Assembly: GCF_001194135.2 (NCBI RefSeq)
Contig: NC_068983.1
Location: 103,473,962-103,537,961 of the forward strand
Length of the DNA: 64,000 nucleotides
Source of the DNA: Octopus bimaculoides
Lineage: Eukaryota
Direction: 5' to 3'
The notes beneath the pieces were generated by a model that made no database searches, was not told the origin of the DNA, and saw only the letters and a list, made by a program, of their open reading frames with translations. Positions 51,326-63,716 of this stretch are shown here, piece by piece. Positions within the stretch are counted from its first letter, which is position 1, and every line of letters begins with the position of its first letter. The translations under genes and the position numbers were made by a program.

Positions 51326-54300
51326 CTGTAATAAAAGGAAATGAAGATATTTTCAGATATATTTTACAACAAAACATAAAACCCCAAATTTACAGGTTCT
51401 TTCTTATATGCCAAGGTTGCTGTTACTGAGACTGTTTATCTTCAGATAAGCTCTGATTGTGAAGACCTAAGAACAAAGGCGTTTCAGACAGGACTACTCC
51501 ATCTTATTTTAGTCAGATGTATTGTGTCTAAGCTTACCATATTCTTTGCATTTTGAGATCTGAGCTGTCCTTTTTACTTATTTCATTCTTTGGCCTGCAA
51601 CCATTCTGAGGCAACAACACCATGAAGGGTTAAGTCAGACACATCGACCCCAGTACTTACTTCTTAAGCCTGGCACTTATTCTATCAATCTCTTTTTGCC
51701 AAACTATTAAGTTATGGGAATGTAAGCAAATCAACATTGGTTGCTAAGCAGTGGTAGGGGAGGGGGAACAAGTACAAAGACACACACAAACAGGAGAGAA
51801 CCAGAAAAAACAGGCCAGAGTTGAGAACAATAGAGAAAAGTCATCAATGATCTACATTCCATAGGGAGTGAAAGGCTTAAATGTAAGTGTGTGTGATTTG
51901 AGGGAGATTTGGTTACTTTTTCTAACAGATCAAAAGACCAAATAAAGGCTCTTTTGTTGGTTCATGTATGCCAGGTCATTTACTAGAGTAAATGCATTAG
52001 TAAAATACATTTCATCTCTGCAAAAATTTACTCTTAACAAGTTGGAATGGTAATCTTAGCCGTCAAGAACTATAATAATACAAAAATATACAGTTAAGTT
52101 TTTTTTTAATTGCTTATCAGGAGAGAGGGCAGTACTCATAACCCATTCCAGGGCTTCCTTAACTGGGAGGGAGGGAAGAAAGTATCCTTAAACTGAAGAT
52201 CTGGCCCATATGCATACAATAAAATATTCTACTAAAGATATCCAAGGACCATGTGATGTTAAACCAAGATCATAGCAGAAGACAAAGAGTCAGAAAAAAT
52301 ACTGCAAGAAACCTCATTCAATGCTTTGTCAATTCTGGTAGTCAACCATCTAAGACTGGTACTTTATTTACCAACCCTGGAAAGATGAAAGGCAAAGTCA
52401 TCCTCAATTGGATTTGAAGTTGGAATACAAAGAGCCAAAATAAATATTGATTTCCAATTTGGACACAAGGCCAGCAATTTCAGAGGAAGGGTTAAGTCAA
52501 TTACATCAACTCCAGTGTTTAACTGGTACTTATTTTATTGACACTAAAAGGATAAAAGACAAAGTTGATCTTAGCAGAATTTCAGAGCATAAAGATGGAT
52601 GAAATGCCACTAAGCATTTTACATGGAGTGCTAATGATTCTGCCAGCTTGCTGCCTTAGAGACAAAATTAATATTGCAAAGCATTTCATTCGACATACAA
52701 ACAACTTTGCTTATCTTAGACAAACACAAATTTTGTTTTCATATTTAGATCTAAAGTCACATATTCATAAAGGAGTCTTATGAGATTAAGCATGTAACAT
52801 TATGCTTTTTTTTTTTTTTTTCAAGAACATATTGCAATATAAGCAAACTTGGTTTTGAATTGTGTGGCACCTTGGGCAAGTGTCTTCTACTATAATCCTG
52901 AGCTGACTAAAGCCTTGTGAGTGTATTTGGAAGATGGAAACTGAAAAGAAACCCATCATACATTATGTATATATATATGCATGGGTATGGGTGTGTATTA
53001 CTGTCTCCTTGCCTTGACACCACATGATAGTGTCACCTCCATGCAAGTAGTGTCCATCATTTCTAATCTTCCAAGACATCTGGCCATGGGGAAATAGTAC
53101 CTCACTTGGAAACAGGTAAGGATTGGTGCAGGAAGGCATCCAGTTGTGGAAAATCTACCTCAGCAAACTCCACCTGACCCATACAAGCATGGAAGAGTGG
53201 ATGTTAGAACGATGATGATGATGATAATGATAATGGTGACGAAGTAAAGTGAATTAACCTCAAAAGTGAATTGAAAAAAATTTTGAACTTCAGTTTGCCT
53301 ATCCACAAATACGGTGAGTCATTACATAAATATTGATTTTTAAAACAAACAAAAACAAAAGAATAAAACAACTAGTTTGTTTATGACACATTTAAATATT
53401 TTTATCTAAGCTCTGATTTTCTTCTTTTCTATAAATATTAAGTGTACTTTAACCATAAACCAGTTGCTCCCTTTCAGTTACAAAAAAAAAAATTCTCTTT
53501 AAAGAAAAAGAAATGGCAAATCTATTCAGGTTGAACTGATACAATTGATTGATTGATTGATTTTCTTTTTCCAATAGTTAGCTACTTTGATAATTAATTC
53601 GTAATTAATCAATGAGGTAGCCTCCCTTGTGGTCACTCAACTTGCTAGAAATAGTCAGCAAACTCTTCCTTTCACCAAACTTCTTGAAAAAGGGAAAACG
53701 AATGAATGCATTAAATGTAGCAGTATCAGATACACATGTCCAAAAACAAAAAGACTAGTTGTTCATAACCAAAATACCTTTGATCGCAGATCTGCTGCTC
53801 AACCAGTGATGACCGGGACAAAAGAATAATAATAATAGTAACCTACAATAGGGGCTGGTTGAAATCTGTCTTTTCAATTAACTCACCATTTTACTGGTAA
53901 AATTATGGGGGGGGGGGTGCAGGAAAATAGTGCAGGAAATTTCAGTAACTTTTTGAAGAGATGAGTACAATCAGGCTTTTGAATATCACAAAATGGTTTT
54001 ATAGGTAACATACTGGACTCCAGAAAAGATAGGAGATACATGGTCAATGATATCTAATCAATTAAACTATAAACATAATATCATTGAAATATATCCAATT
54101 GAAGGTAGGTGTACAGTGTGTGTGTGTGTGTAAATGTTTGTCAAGACAGAGAAGCTATTGCATTAGCATTCTTTCTAATTGTTACTAATGGTTTTAGATT
54201 TGGACACAGAAGGCTGGCAATTTTGAGGAAAGAGAGAGAGGAGGTAGTTAACACTATCAAAGCCAGAATTTGGACAGGTACTTAATTTTATTGTCATTTG

Positions 54301-54450
54301 TAAGGATGAAAGATGAAGTTGAACTCAGTAAGAATTGAACACAGAATGTAAAGAGCTGAAACAAATACTTGCAAGGCATTTTGTCTGACACTAACAATTC
54401 TGCCTGCTCACAGTCATCATTTTTTTCATTAATATCTATATCTTCATTAA

Positions 54451-54670
54451 CCCTTCAGCATTTAAACTGGCCATATCCAGCCAAAATATTCTACCTGCTT
54501 TATATTCAAACTGGCCAGGTCTAGCCTCTCACACTTATCTTTCAATGTCATTCTAAAAATAAACAATCACATTATCAAAATTTTGATGCTACAAGACAAT
54601 GAATCGTTAATTCAAATCAATGTGAATAACTAAGCATTACATTTGACAGAGTAATGTGAATGCTAAAGGG
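54451..54670. mobile_element. TTAA MITE (family 1)
   Basis: TTAA|CCCTTCAGCATT ... AATGCTAAAGGG|TTAT, immediately followed by a family C SINE (~54675-54840). Confidence 0.8.
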
Positions 54671-55305
54671 TTATGGTGGCGACCTGGCAGAATTGTTAGC
54701 ACACCAGGCAAAATGCTTAGCGGCATATCATATGTCTTTACATTCCGAGTTCAAATTCAACCAAGATCGACTTTGACTTTTCATCCTTTCAAGGTTGATA
54801 AAGTAATACCAGTTGAACACAGGGGTCAATGCAATCAACTAAGTGACTGAACAAGGCATGAAAACACACATCAACAGTATTTGAGCAGTATACAACTCTC
54901 TTAACTAGAGAGACAGACAAACTGAGGAGTTTGGCATGGTTTGGGATTAGTTAACTGGCTTAAGTAAGCACTGTAATGGAAGATACAATGACAGGGCAGT
55001 TGGCCTCTTTGGTATGACATTGACACTAATTTACAACCATCATAATATCAAGATTAACACACACTCATATACATATATGTATATAGATATATACACATAA
55101 ATATACACACATAGATATATACATATGTATATACGTATATACATATTTATACATACACATATATATATACATATTATATTTATACATACACACATATATA
55201 TACATCTTATATTTATACATACACANNNNNNNNNNGTTTCACAGTATAAAATATATATAAATATATAGTATTAGGGAAAAGAACCTTATACATAAACACA
55301 CATAT

Positions 55306-55348
<43 letters not shown>

Positions 55349-55419
55349 CACACACACACATACATATATACACACATGCATCATCATCAATCCAGTTTTC
55401 CTCCTTACCCTCACCTATA

Positions 55420-55810
55420 GCAATGAATACTGGGGTAATGACTGAAAGAATACAAGTGACTGAAACAGAGTTCCTGTGAAGAATCTCTGGAGTAACATTA
55501 CTTGAAAGGATGTGTAGCTTGGAGATAAGGGAATCTCTCAAGGTTGAGGTGCCAGTTCTCTGCACTGAAAGGTTACAACTCTGATACATCAAACATATGA
55601 TTAGAATGTCACCAGAATGAATCACAAGACAGATTCTTCAAGCAAAGCCAACTGGCAGGAGACCTAGGGATAGACCAAGAATGAGAAGGTTGGATAATAT
55701 CCACAGTCTGAGTAGGTCATGTTTGGGAATCCAACAGGCAAGTTTAATGACAGTTGCTTTGGAAAGGACCCAATGGAGAAGGTGCTTGAGGATCCTCCCC
55801 TCACAGGGAT
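55420..55810 (+). mobile_element. RTE-clade LINE 3' fragment, decayed
   Basis: VMTERIQVTETEFL*RISGVTLLERMCSLEIRESLKVE..ERLQL*YIKHMIRMSPE*ITRQILQAKPTGRRPRDRPRMRRLDNI; the TGA stops are consistent with CpG decay of CGA. Confidence 0.8.
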
Positions 55811-56677
55811 GGATGGATGGATGAATATATATATNNNNNNNNNNNNNNNNNNNNNNNNNNNNNNNNNNNNNNNNNNNNNNNNNNNNNNNNNNNNNNNNNN
55901 NNNNNNNNNNNNNNNNNNNNNNNNNNNNNNNNNNNNNNNNNNNNNNNNNNNNNNNNNNNNNNNNNNNNNNNNNNNNNNNNNNNNNNNNNNNNNNNNNNNN
56001 NNNNNNNNNNNNNNNNNNNNNNNNNNNNNNNNNNNNNNNNNNNNNNNNNNNNNNNNNNNNNNNNNNNNNNNNNNNNNNNNNNNNNNNNNNNNNNNNNNNN
56101 NNNNNNNNNNNNNNNNNNNNNNNNNNNNNNNNNNNNNNNNNNNNNNNNNNNNNNNNNNNNNNNNNNNNNNNNNNNNNNNNNNNNNNNNNNNNNNNNNNNN
56201 NNNNNNNNNNNNNNNNNNNNNNNNNNNNNNNNNNNNNNNNNNNNNNNNNNNNNNNNNNNNNNNNNNNNNNNNNNNNNNNNNNNNNNNNNNNNNNNNNNNN
56301 NNNNNNNNNNNNNNNNNNNNNNNNNNNNNNNNNNNNNNNNNNNNNNNNNNNNNNNNNNNNNNNNNNNNNNNNNNNNNNNNNNNNNNNNNNNNNNNNNNNN
56401 NNNNNNNNNNNNNNNNNNNNNNNNNNNNNNNNNNNNNNNNNNNNNNNNNNNNNNNNNNNNNNNNNNNNNNNNNNNNNNNNNNNNNNNNNNNNATATATAT
56501 ATATATATATACTTTATTATAAACTGCAAACTGTTTACAGAACAGTTACTCAGTTTCACATTCCTGTTTGTCGGACAGTTATGATAAATAGTGAAGTTTA
56601 GATTATAATTGTGCAAGTAGTATAATTTTATGAATTTGTGTTGTAAGATTCTTGATGTGAAACTGTGTTGAAACAAA

Positions 56678-57000
56678 TATTGTATTTTGGGATGGTCTTT
56701 TTCTTTTTTTTTTCTTTTTTTTACCAAATTAACACACACATTATATATTTTTTATTCTTCACTCATTTATTACTGTTTTTATTTTAACTCATGTCCATTG
56801 TCCAGAAATCTTTTGTCTCACATTTGTAACCTCTTCAGCAACACTTTTCACTCACAGATGTGTAACAAAAGATTTCCGGACAATGGACATTAGTTAAAAT
56901 AAGAACAGTAATAAACCAGTGAAGAACGAATGTATAGTGCCTGTGTTTATTTAGTGAAAACTTAAACAAAAAAAATGACCATCCTGAAATACAATATAGT
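56678..57000. repeat. Long imperfect hairpin (palindromic interspersed repeat, Penelope-like tentative)
   Basis: ATGTCCATTGTCCAGAAATCTTTTGT pairs with ACAAAAGATTTCCGGACAATGGACAT; pairing continues outward to TATTGTATTTTGGGATGGTC / GACCATCCTGAAATACAATA; loop ~56828-56852. Confidence 0.85.
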
Positions 57001-59893
57001 ATAATTTTGTTTGTTGTATAACGAATAAACCTTTAATCTAATTGGTTAACTTTTCAAAAACGTAACCGTAAATATTTGGTATTCGAGTATGATTTTTTTC
57101 CACTTTGTTTTGCACTTATGTACCTACCTGTGTGTGTTTGCGTATACACACAAATACACACAGACATATCTACATGTATATATAGATAGACACACACATC
57201 TACATGTGTATATATGAGTCTATAGCTGCATATATTACATAATGAAGCAACACTCTTGAATTTGTGCGACAGTGAAACTATTGTAAATCTGTGTAATAAA
57301 ACAATTTGTGCCACTCTCCTTAATTTTTTGTCAGATTCAAGGTGGTGCCCCAGCATGGCAGCAGTCAAATGATTGAAACAAATAAAAAAAATAATAAAGA
57401 TATATATATATGTAAGTATATGGATGTATGTGTGGACAGAACAACAGACACTCATCCTGACATAAAAGAATATAGAAAAACACACATACATGAATATTCA
57501 CATTGAAATATTCCACCTCACACTTATTTATAGTGATGCATACATGAAGACTTGCAAGCAAACACACAAGCTAATCTATCTATGCATCTGTGCATTGTGA
57601 GCATGGAAAATGGACGTTAAATGATGATGATGATGAAAAACCACTCTGATCTTAGCTAAAAGAACCAAAAATGTAGCCTAATGGCTAAGAAGAAAGTGTA
57701 GCTTTTAGATTCTTAAAATTCATCAGTTTCCATAATTATAGACTGTATCTTGTTTGGTCATACTTTACATTCCATGTAAGCATAAAATGCTTTAAACGTC
57801 AGGTAACCATAATGTGAGGAAAACCTGTAATATATCTTTATCTATCTATTTGTCAGTCCATCTACACACACACGTTTGTGTGTGTATCCACACACACACA
57901 AGTATATATGCGCATGTATATATGTATACACGCACACACACACACATATATATATACATACACTATTATCAAACAGTGAGAATGAGTGCTCAACATCACA
58001 TTGGTGGATAAATATTCTTTATTTGTGGGTTAACAAGGCCACCAATGGTCTCATGTAATCGATTATTTACAATTGTTCAAGTGCACATATATATGTATAT
58101 GTGTGTGTGTGTGTGTGTGTGCGTGTGTATATATATATATATATATATATTAAATAAAAAAAACCAAAGAACAAACACAAGGAAAAAACCAACAATGCTA
58201 GGACTTGGTACATGCAAAGTATTAGCAGACAGAGTGTACAGAGTTCACTTGTTGATAGCATCAGCAAAAAAAGTACTCTATCCATTGAATATAAACATTT
58301 AATATATACAACCTTCCTAAAGTTTCATGCTCAGACAATTGGACAATTTTGTAATTGGACAATTTTGTATATTGAGTACCATGCACAATCTGGCAATCCC
58401 CTGAGCCTGAACAACAATTGCTTCATCATGCATGATAAGCCCATCTGTTAACTGCACTATCTGATCATGAATCTTAAAGCAGGTCACATATAATTCCTAT
58501 ATTCATGAAATCATCCACACAAACACACACATTTATACATATGGTGGCTGTCAGCAAAGCTTGTGCTAAAATTTCAAGTCAATAAAAAAAACTGGCACAC
58601 CAGCAGTTATGATGACAAGGGTTCCAGTTGATCTGATTAATGGAACAGCCTGGAATTAGCATGTAAGTAGCTGAGCTCTCCACAGATATGCCTACCATTA
58701 ATGTCATTCTCAGGGAGATTCCGAGTGACACAGAATGTGACAAGGCTGAACCTTTGAAATACAAGTACTACTCATTTTTACCAGTTGAGAAGACTGGAAC
58801 AATGTGAATTAAAATGTCTTGCTCAAGGACAAAAACACACCATCAGGCATCAAACACACAAGCATGAGATCGTGAGCCGAATACCCTAACCACTTAGCCA
58901 TACACTTTCCACTTCATGTCAGTAACAGCTTAATGCTAAGACCCTCACCTGCAAAGTCAAGTAGTCCAAAAACAAACAAGAAAGATCTCCAACTTAGCAA
59001 TGAGAAAGGTGTTACTTTAGAAATTTCCTTTCCCGGAGAGATATCTAAACAAAAGACTAAGGATCTCTCATTATACACATACATATAAATCCACATATAC
59101 ATACATATAAATTCACAAATATACACACACAAATTAGTTGTCATATTCACAGTTGAGTGATTAAGAGGTTTAGTTCATGATGAATAGGTAGGTTCCAGAT
59201 TTGAACCTATTGCTTAATTGGTAAAGTATTTTTTTTTACAATAACCTCAAGTTGACACAAACCTTGTCAGTGAAATTGTGTAAGTGAAAATTGCGCAAGC
59301 CCAGTAATTCCAGCGGCAATCTTGATATACTACATCTCATTGATTCTGTCTGAAAATTACTAAGGAATACTTTGCCCACTTACTCAGAAATGGAATCAGT
59401 TGATGGATCTTTTGGGATTTTGTTAAATGTTTTCCAACCACTTGAAGTTTTTTGAATTTTTACAAGATTATTAAAAAAAAATATAGTTCTGATGTAGCTT
59501 CGCATACTGAAGAAGAAAACTGCATTCTCTTTTTTTTTTTTTTCTAGAAATTAATAATAAAGAAGGCATTTAAAGTTATGCAATTTTAGCCAATTGAAGA
59601 CATCGATTGCCAACAGGTCAGAACTGTTTATTGTCATGGAAATTTGCAAAGTCAACGAAGATAAAAAAAAACTTTATGTGGTCTCTCAACTTGCTAGAAA
59701 TGGTAGCCAAATTTTCTTTAAACTGTAAAGAAACCAATTTCTATTATCTATGGCATATTGAAGATGACCATTCTTTTATAGGCTCAGCACATCAATCTTT
59801 CATGATTGGTTGTCTTACCTATCATGTGGGTTTTGAATATTGGTTGAGTATTGCATAGGCTATGGATCAAAGATCCAATCACGTTGCGCTTAC

Positions 59894-60011
59894 TTAAATG
59901 TGCGTTGGAGCCTACCCTCCTTCTATAAATAGGCATAACAAATCATCTTTGACAAGAGCAGTGAGCAATTTTCATGTAGGCAAGTCATGTTATTTTCCTG
60001 CCATTATTCAC
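59894..60011 (-). other. Candidate exon (118 nt), probably 5' UTR; ends with an open ATG frame MPIYRRRVGSNAHL
   Basis: Acceptor ctaattttgttcag|G and donor TAA|gtaagc; unique sequence lying in the loop of the long inverted repeat. Confidence 0.4.
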
Positions 60012-60318
60012 CTGAACAAAATTAGTATGACGGAGCACATGTAACCAACGACGACCTGAGCTGAATTATCCAAACGGTGGATGAACTATACAACCACCAG
60101 AATTCATGATGCTTTATTTGGTCTACTGTGCTATTTAAAGAGTGAATAAAGTCTCATTATTTTTAAAGTTCGTTTCTTCTATATTTCCACAAGTAAACAC
60201 GCAACATGTATAATGGTATGCAAGATTCCATAGTAAAACCAAGAGAGACTTTATACCTCCTTGTTTAAAAAAACTACACATTATAACATCTAAGAAAATA
60301 GAAAGGAATGCACATTAT

Positions 60319-60563
60319 ATGATGTAGTTGGGGATACTGGCTTTTTCCATTGATAATTACTGCACCAATGCATCTTAATATTGTTCTAAATTCACAACGA
60401 CACTAAAAATGTAATGACAGACATTGTATGTACTAATAATAACAGGTACATACTCAGCATTATGTTTATTACATATAATAAACAGTGTCGCTGTGAATTT
60501 ATAACCATATTATGATGCATTTGTACTCAAATTATGAAGAAAACAATGCCCCAACTACGTCAT
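60319..60563. repeat. Fold-back hairpin (~115-bp arms, 12-nt loop)
   Basis: GTATGTAC-taataataacag-GTACATAC centre; 32/36 matches in the TGCATC..CGACACT segment; outer ATGATGTAGTTGGGG / CCCCAACTACGTCAT. Confidence 0.85.
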
Positions 60564-61249
60564 GAATATGTAGTCCTTCATTTTGTTAGACATTATTTTT
60601 GTTGGTAGTTAATTTATAATATATTGATATATATTTATATATATACATATTTTAAATAATCTGGTACAAATTCGAAAAACTTCAAGTGGTTGAAGAAATT
60701 AAGGATCCCAATTGTTCCATCAATTGATTGAATTTCCAAGTAAGTGGGTAAGTATTCCTCAAGGAGAATCAGTGTGACATAGTATACAGTAAAGCATGCC
60801 GATCGAATTACTGGTCACTTCAATCTGATGGGCTTGTGCAATTTTTTTCAGCTAATTTCACTGACAAAGTTAGTTGTAGCAGTAGGTTCAAATCTGGAAC
60901 CTAGTCATTGCGAACCAAACTTCTTAACCACTCAACTGTGACTACGACAACTAAATTTTGTGTGTGTGTGTTTGTATATACATGTATTTATATGTGCATG
61001 TATGTATACATGTGTGTGTGCAGTGAGAGACTAGGAGCTGGATTAAGGCCCATAGAGACCCTATGCACTTATAGATTTTGGTGCCTTCATATATGTGTAA
61101 TTCAAAATATAAACAATATACTTTAAAACAAATTTCTATTTCTCAATGAAACAAAACTAACTGTACGAGGGGGAAAAATATTGACTTCTGTATACTTCTA
61201 CTTGATTATATTTGAAAAGTTTTCTCCCACTTATTTTGGCAAGACTTCC

Positions 61250-61530
61250 TTTTGTATCCCCACCCAAACACCCTTTTTTATTTTATTTTATTTTATTTTA
61301 GTTTTCTACACAAACCCCAGTTTTCGGCTACGGTGAATACGAATCTGCAAAAAAAAATTGGCAAAAGTCATCATTTTGTAAAAGTGAAAAATGACAAAAT
61401 TGCGGGTGGGGGTGGGTCAAATTTTCAAAATGCCGATTTTTGGCAATTTTCCGGAATCTCCGTATCCGAAAATTGGGGTTTTTGTCAAAAAAATTTTTTT
61501 AATTGGGAGAAAATGGGGGTGACGAGAGGA
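61250..61530. mobile_element. CpG-rich MITE-like element with subterminal inverted repeats
   Basis: ACAAACCCCAGTTTTCGGCTACGG (61310-61333) pairs with CCGTATCCGAAAATTGGGGTTTTTGT (61460-61485). Confidence 0.55.
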
Positions 61531-62119
61531 AGTCTTTCCCTTATTTTTAATTGCAATATGTCTTTGATCAGATCCTCACTGTGGCACCATGGACACTTCG
61601 AAATTGTATTTCCGATCATATAAAACGACTTTGAATATTACTTTAGCAAGTTTAAAGTGGTTTATTTTGTGCCGTAAACCATTTATCATCTCTGTGGTGC
61701 TCACACGTTCCCTAGTCTTTGTTTAGACATCTCTCTAACAGAAGGAAATTCTGAAATAACTCTTGCCTCATTGCTAAGTTGGAGATCTTTTTTGTTTGTT
61801 TCTGGGCTACATGACATAGCGAGTGAGAGTCTTTGTGCGTAGTGCGAGCTGTTATTGACTGTTGGATTTACTCATCGTCGAAACTGACGGAAATTCATAT
61901 ACATTATTTTTTTATTTTACATGCACACACACACGACCATGCTAGCATGTCTTCATATCTCTTCCACACACACATAAAGAAAGATACGTAAAGGCAATAT
62001 CCACGGATTCAGGTGTAGGAAGTTAGTAAGCTTCGAGCAGTCAGTAGAAGGTATAAAAAAAAAAAACAACTTTCAGGAACAATGGTGGTTTTTTGACATA
62101 GAAGGTTATAAATTTTCCC

Positions 62120-62310
62120 CATAAATCACTTGAAATATTACTTTAGCAAGGTTAAAGTGAATTTAAAGCTATCTTCGGACTGATGAGTAGCTAGTAGAGA
62201 AACCCGCGTTGAGGTTGAGTAATTACGACTTCCGGGGTTCTGCTAGCTAGGAAACATATGTAGCCTGGATTTTACCTGCTCCATGCCTTGAATTTGGATA
62301 TATATGTGTG
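62120..62310 (+). mobile_element. Penelope-like terminal-repeat fragment with a degenerate hammerhead-ribozyme-like core
   Basis: CTGATGA (62180-62186) ... GAAA (62199-62202). 62130-62160 duplicates 61630-61668 of the neighbouring repeat. The PLE assignment is inference. Confidence 0.4.
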
Positions 62311-62327
62311 TGTGTGTGTGTGAGTGT

Positions 62328-62358
<31 letters not shown>

Positions 62359-62481
62359 NNNNNNNNNNNNNNNNNNNNNNNNNNNNNNNNNNNNNNNNNN
62401 NNNNNNNNNNNNNNNNNNNNNNNNNNNNNNNNNNNNNNNNNNNNNNNNNNNNNNNNNNTTTTTTTTTTTAAGTAGGCTTAC

Positions 62482-62801
62482 CGACGTAAACTTTCAATGG
62501 AAACGAATAAAAACTAACATACACAGCACACACACACACACAACAGAAAAACGAACATTCAATATAAATATTAGTGCTTGGTGTGTGAACATTATAAAGA
62601 TTCTTATTCCAATTCGAACCATAAATTGTAATATCAATAATTAATATTATTAATACTATTTCGTGTAATAATCGTCCTAATCCGTTGTGATGATTACACA
62701 TGAAAACACATACATTCGCTTGTGTGTGTGTGTTAACTGAAACCTGAAAACTTCACAAATCGTTAGCACATTTCTCGTTTTCGATCTTCGGACGATTGTG
62801 A

Positions 62802-62861
<60 letters not shown>

Positions 62862-63260
62862 TAAATGTACACAAACACACGCATGTGCGTTTGCATGCAT
62901 TTATTTGCTATGGATATAATATATATGCGCACTATAATATTAAGTTTTCGTTTAGAAAAGTCGTATTGATAATATTTTATTTTTAATGGATCGATCTCAG
63001 CTACTTATTTTGGATCATCTTTGATCGAACGAAGAAAATAGATTACAAAGGAAGAAATCTTTCCAACATGCCTAAAGTTAATTAACTAACACTTTCGCGC
63101 ACTTTAACATGGTGCAATTCTAGCATATGAAAAGTTGAAACTTATAAACACTTGAAAAACTATTCATGAGTTAAAGCTTAAAATTAACAAGTTCAATTTA
63201 GCGGCTGGCCTATAAGTGTAACGGAAATGGGTCCTAAAATAAAGAAAAGAGTTCATTGAA
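62482..63260 (-). promoter_or_regulatory. Candidate first exon / promoter region of a minus-strand transcript
   Basis: Donor TCG|gtaagc at 62481; unique sequence visibly retaining CpGs; TTTCGCGC (E2F-like) at ~63092 and CGGAAATG at ~63221. TSS not determinable. Confidence 0.35.
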
Positions 63261-63682
63261 AGAAGAAATATAGTGTGTATATATATATATATATATAAAC
63301 ACATACACATGATATATTTCAGAACTAATGTTAACAGTGAATTCAATCTGAAAGATTTATATGAAAGGAAATGCATTTTACCTTCACTATTATACAAATT
63401 TTAACCTAACCCTCCGCTATTCCAGGTAAATATGCTGAGAGAGCTTAGTGGTTCTATAATTAGAAAACACTCAAATATGTCTGATTAAAAGTTTGTAGTA
63501 CACTAACATGTATAAACACCAAGAATGAGCACATACACAGACATAAATACATAAACATAGTAATAAATACATATACACACAGAATATATATTTATGTGTG
63601 TTATACACACACATAAATACCCATTCATATATATATATATAAAAACATACACACACGCACATAGATTATATACACACATATT

Positions 63683-63689
<7 letters not shown>

Positions 63690-63716
<27 letters not shown>

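Larger units (their letters stand above)
58970..61801. repeat. Long inverted repeat: left arm ~59065-59472 / right arm ~60654-61020, plus an outer pair 58970-59062 / 61710-61801
   Basis: For example, TAGGTTCCAGATTTGAACCTATTGCT pairs with AGCAGTAGGTTCAAATCTGGAACCTA, and CAACCACTTGAAGTTTTTTGAATTTTTACAAGATTATT with AATAATCTGGTACAAATTCGAAAAACTTCAAGTGGTTG. Confidence 0.85.
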
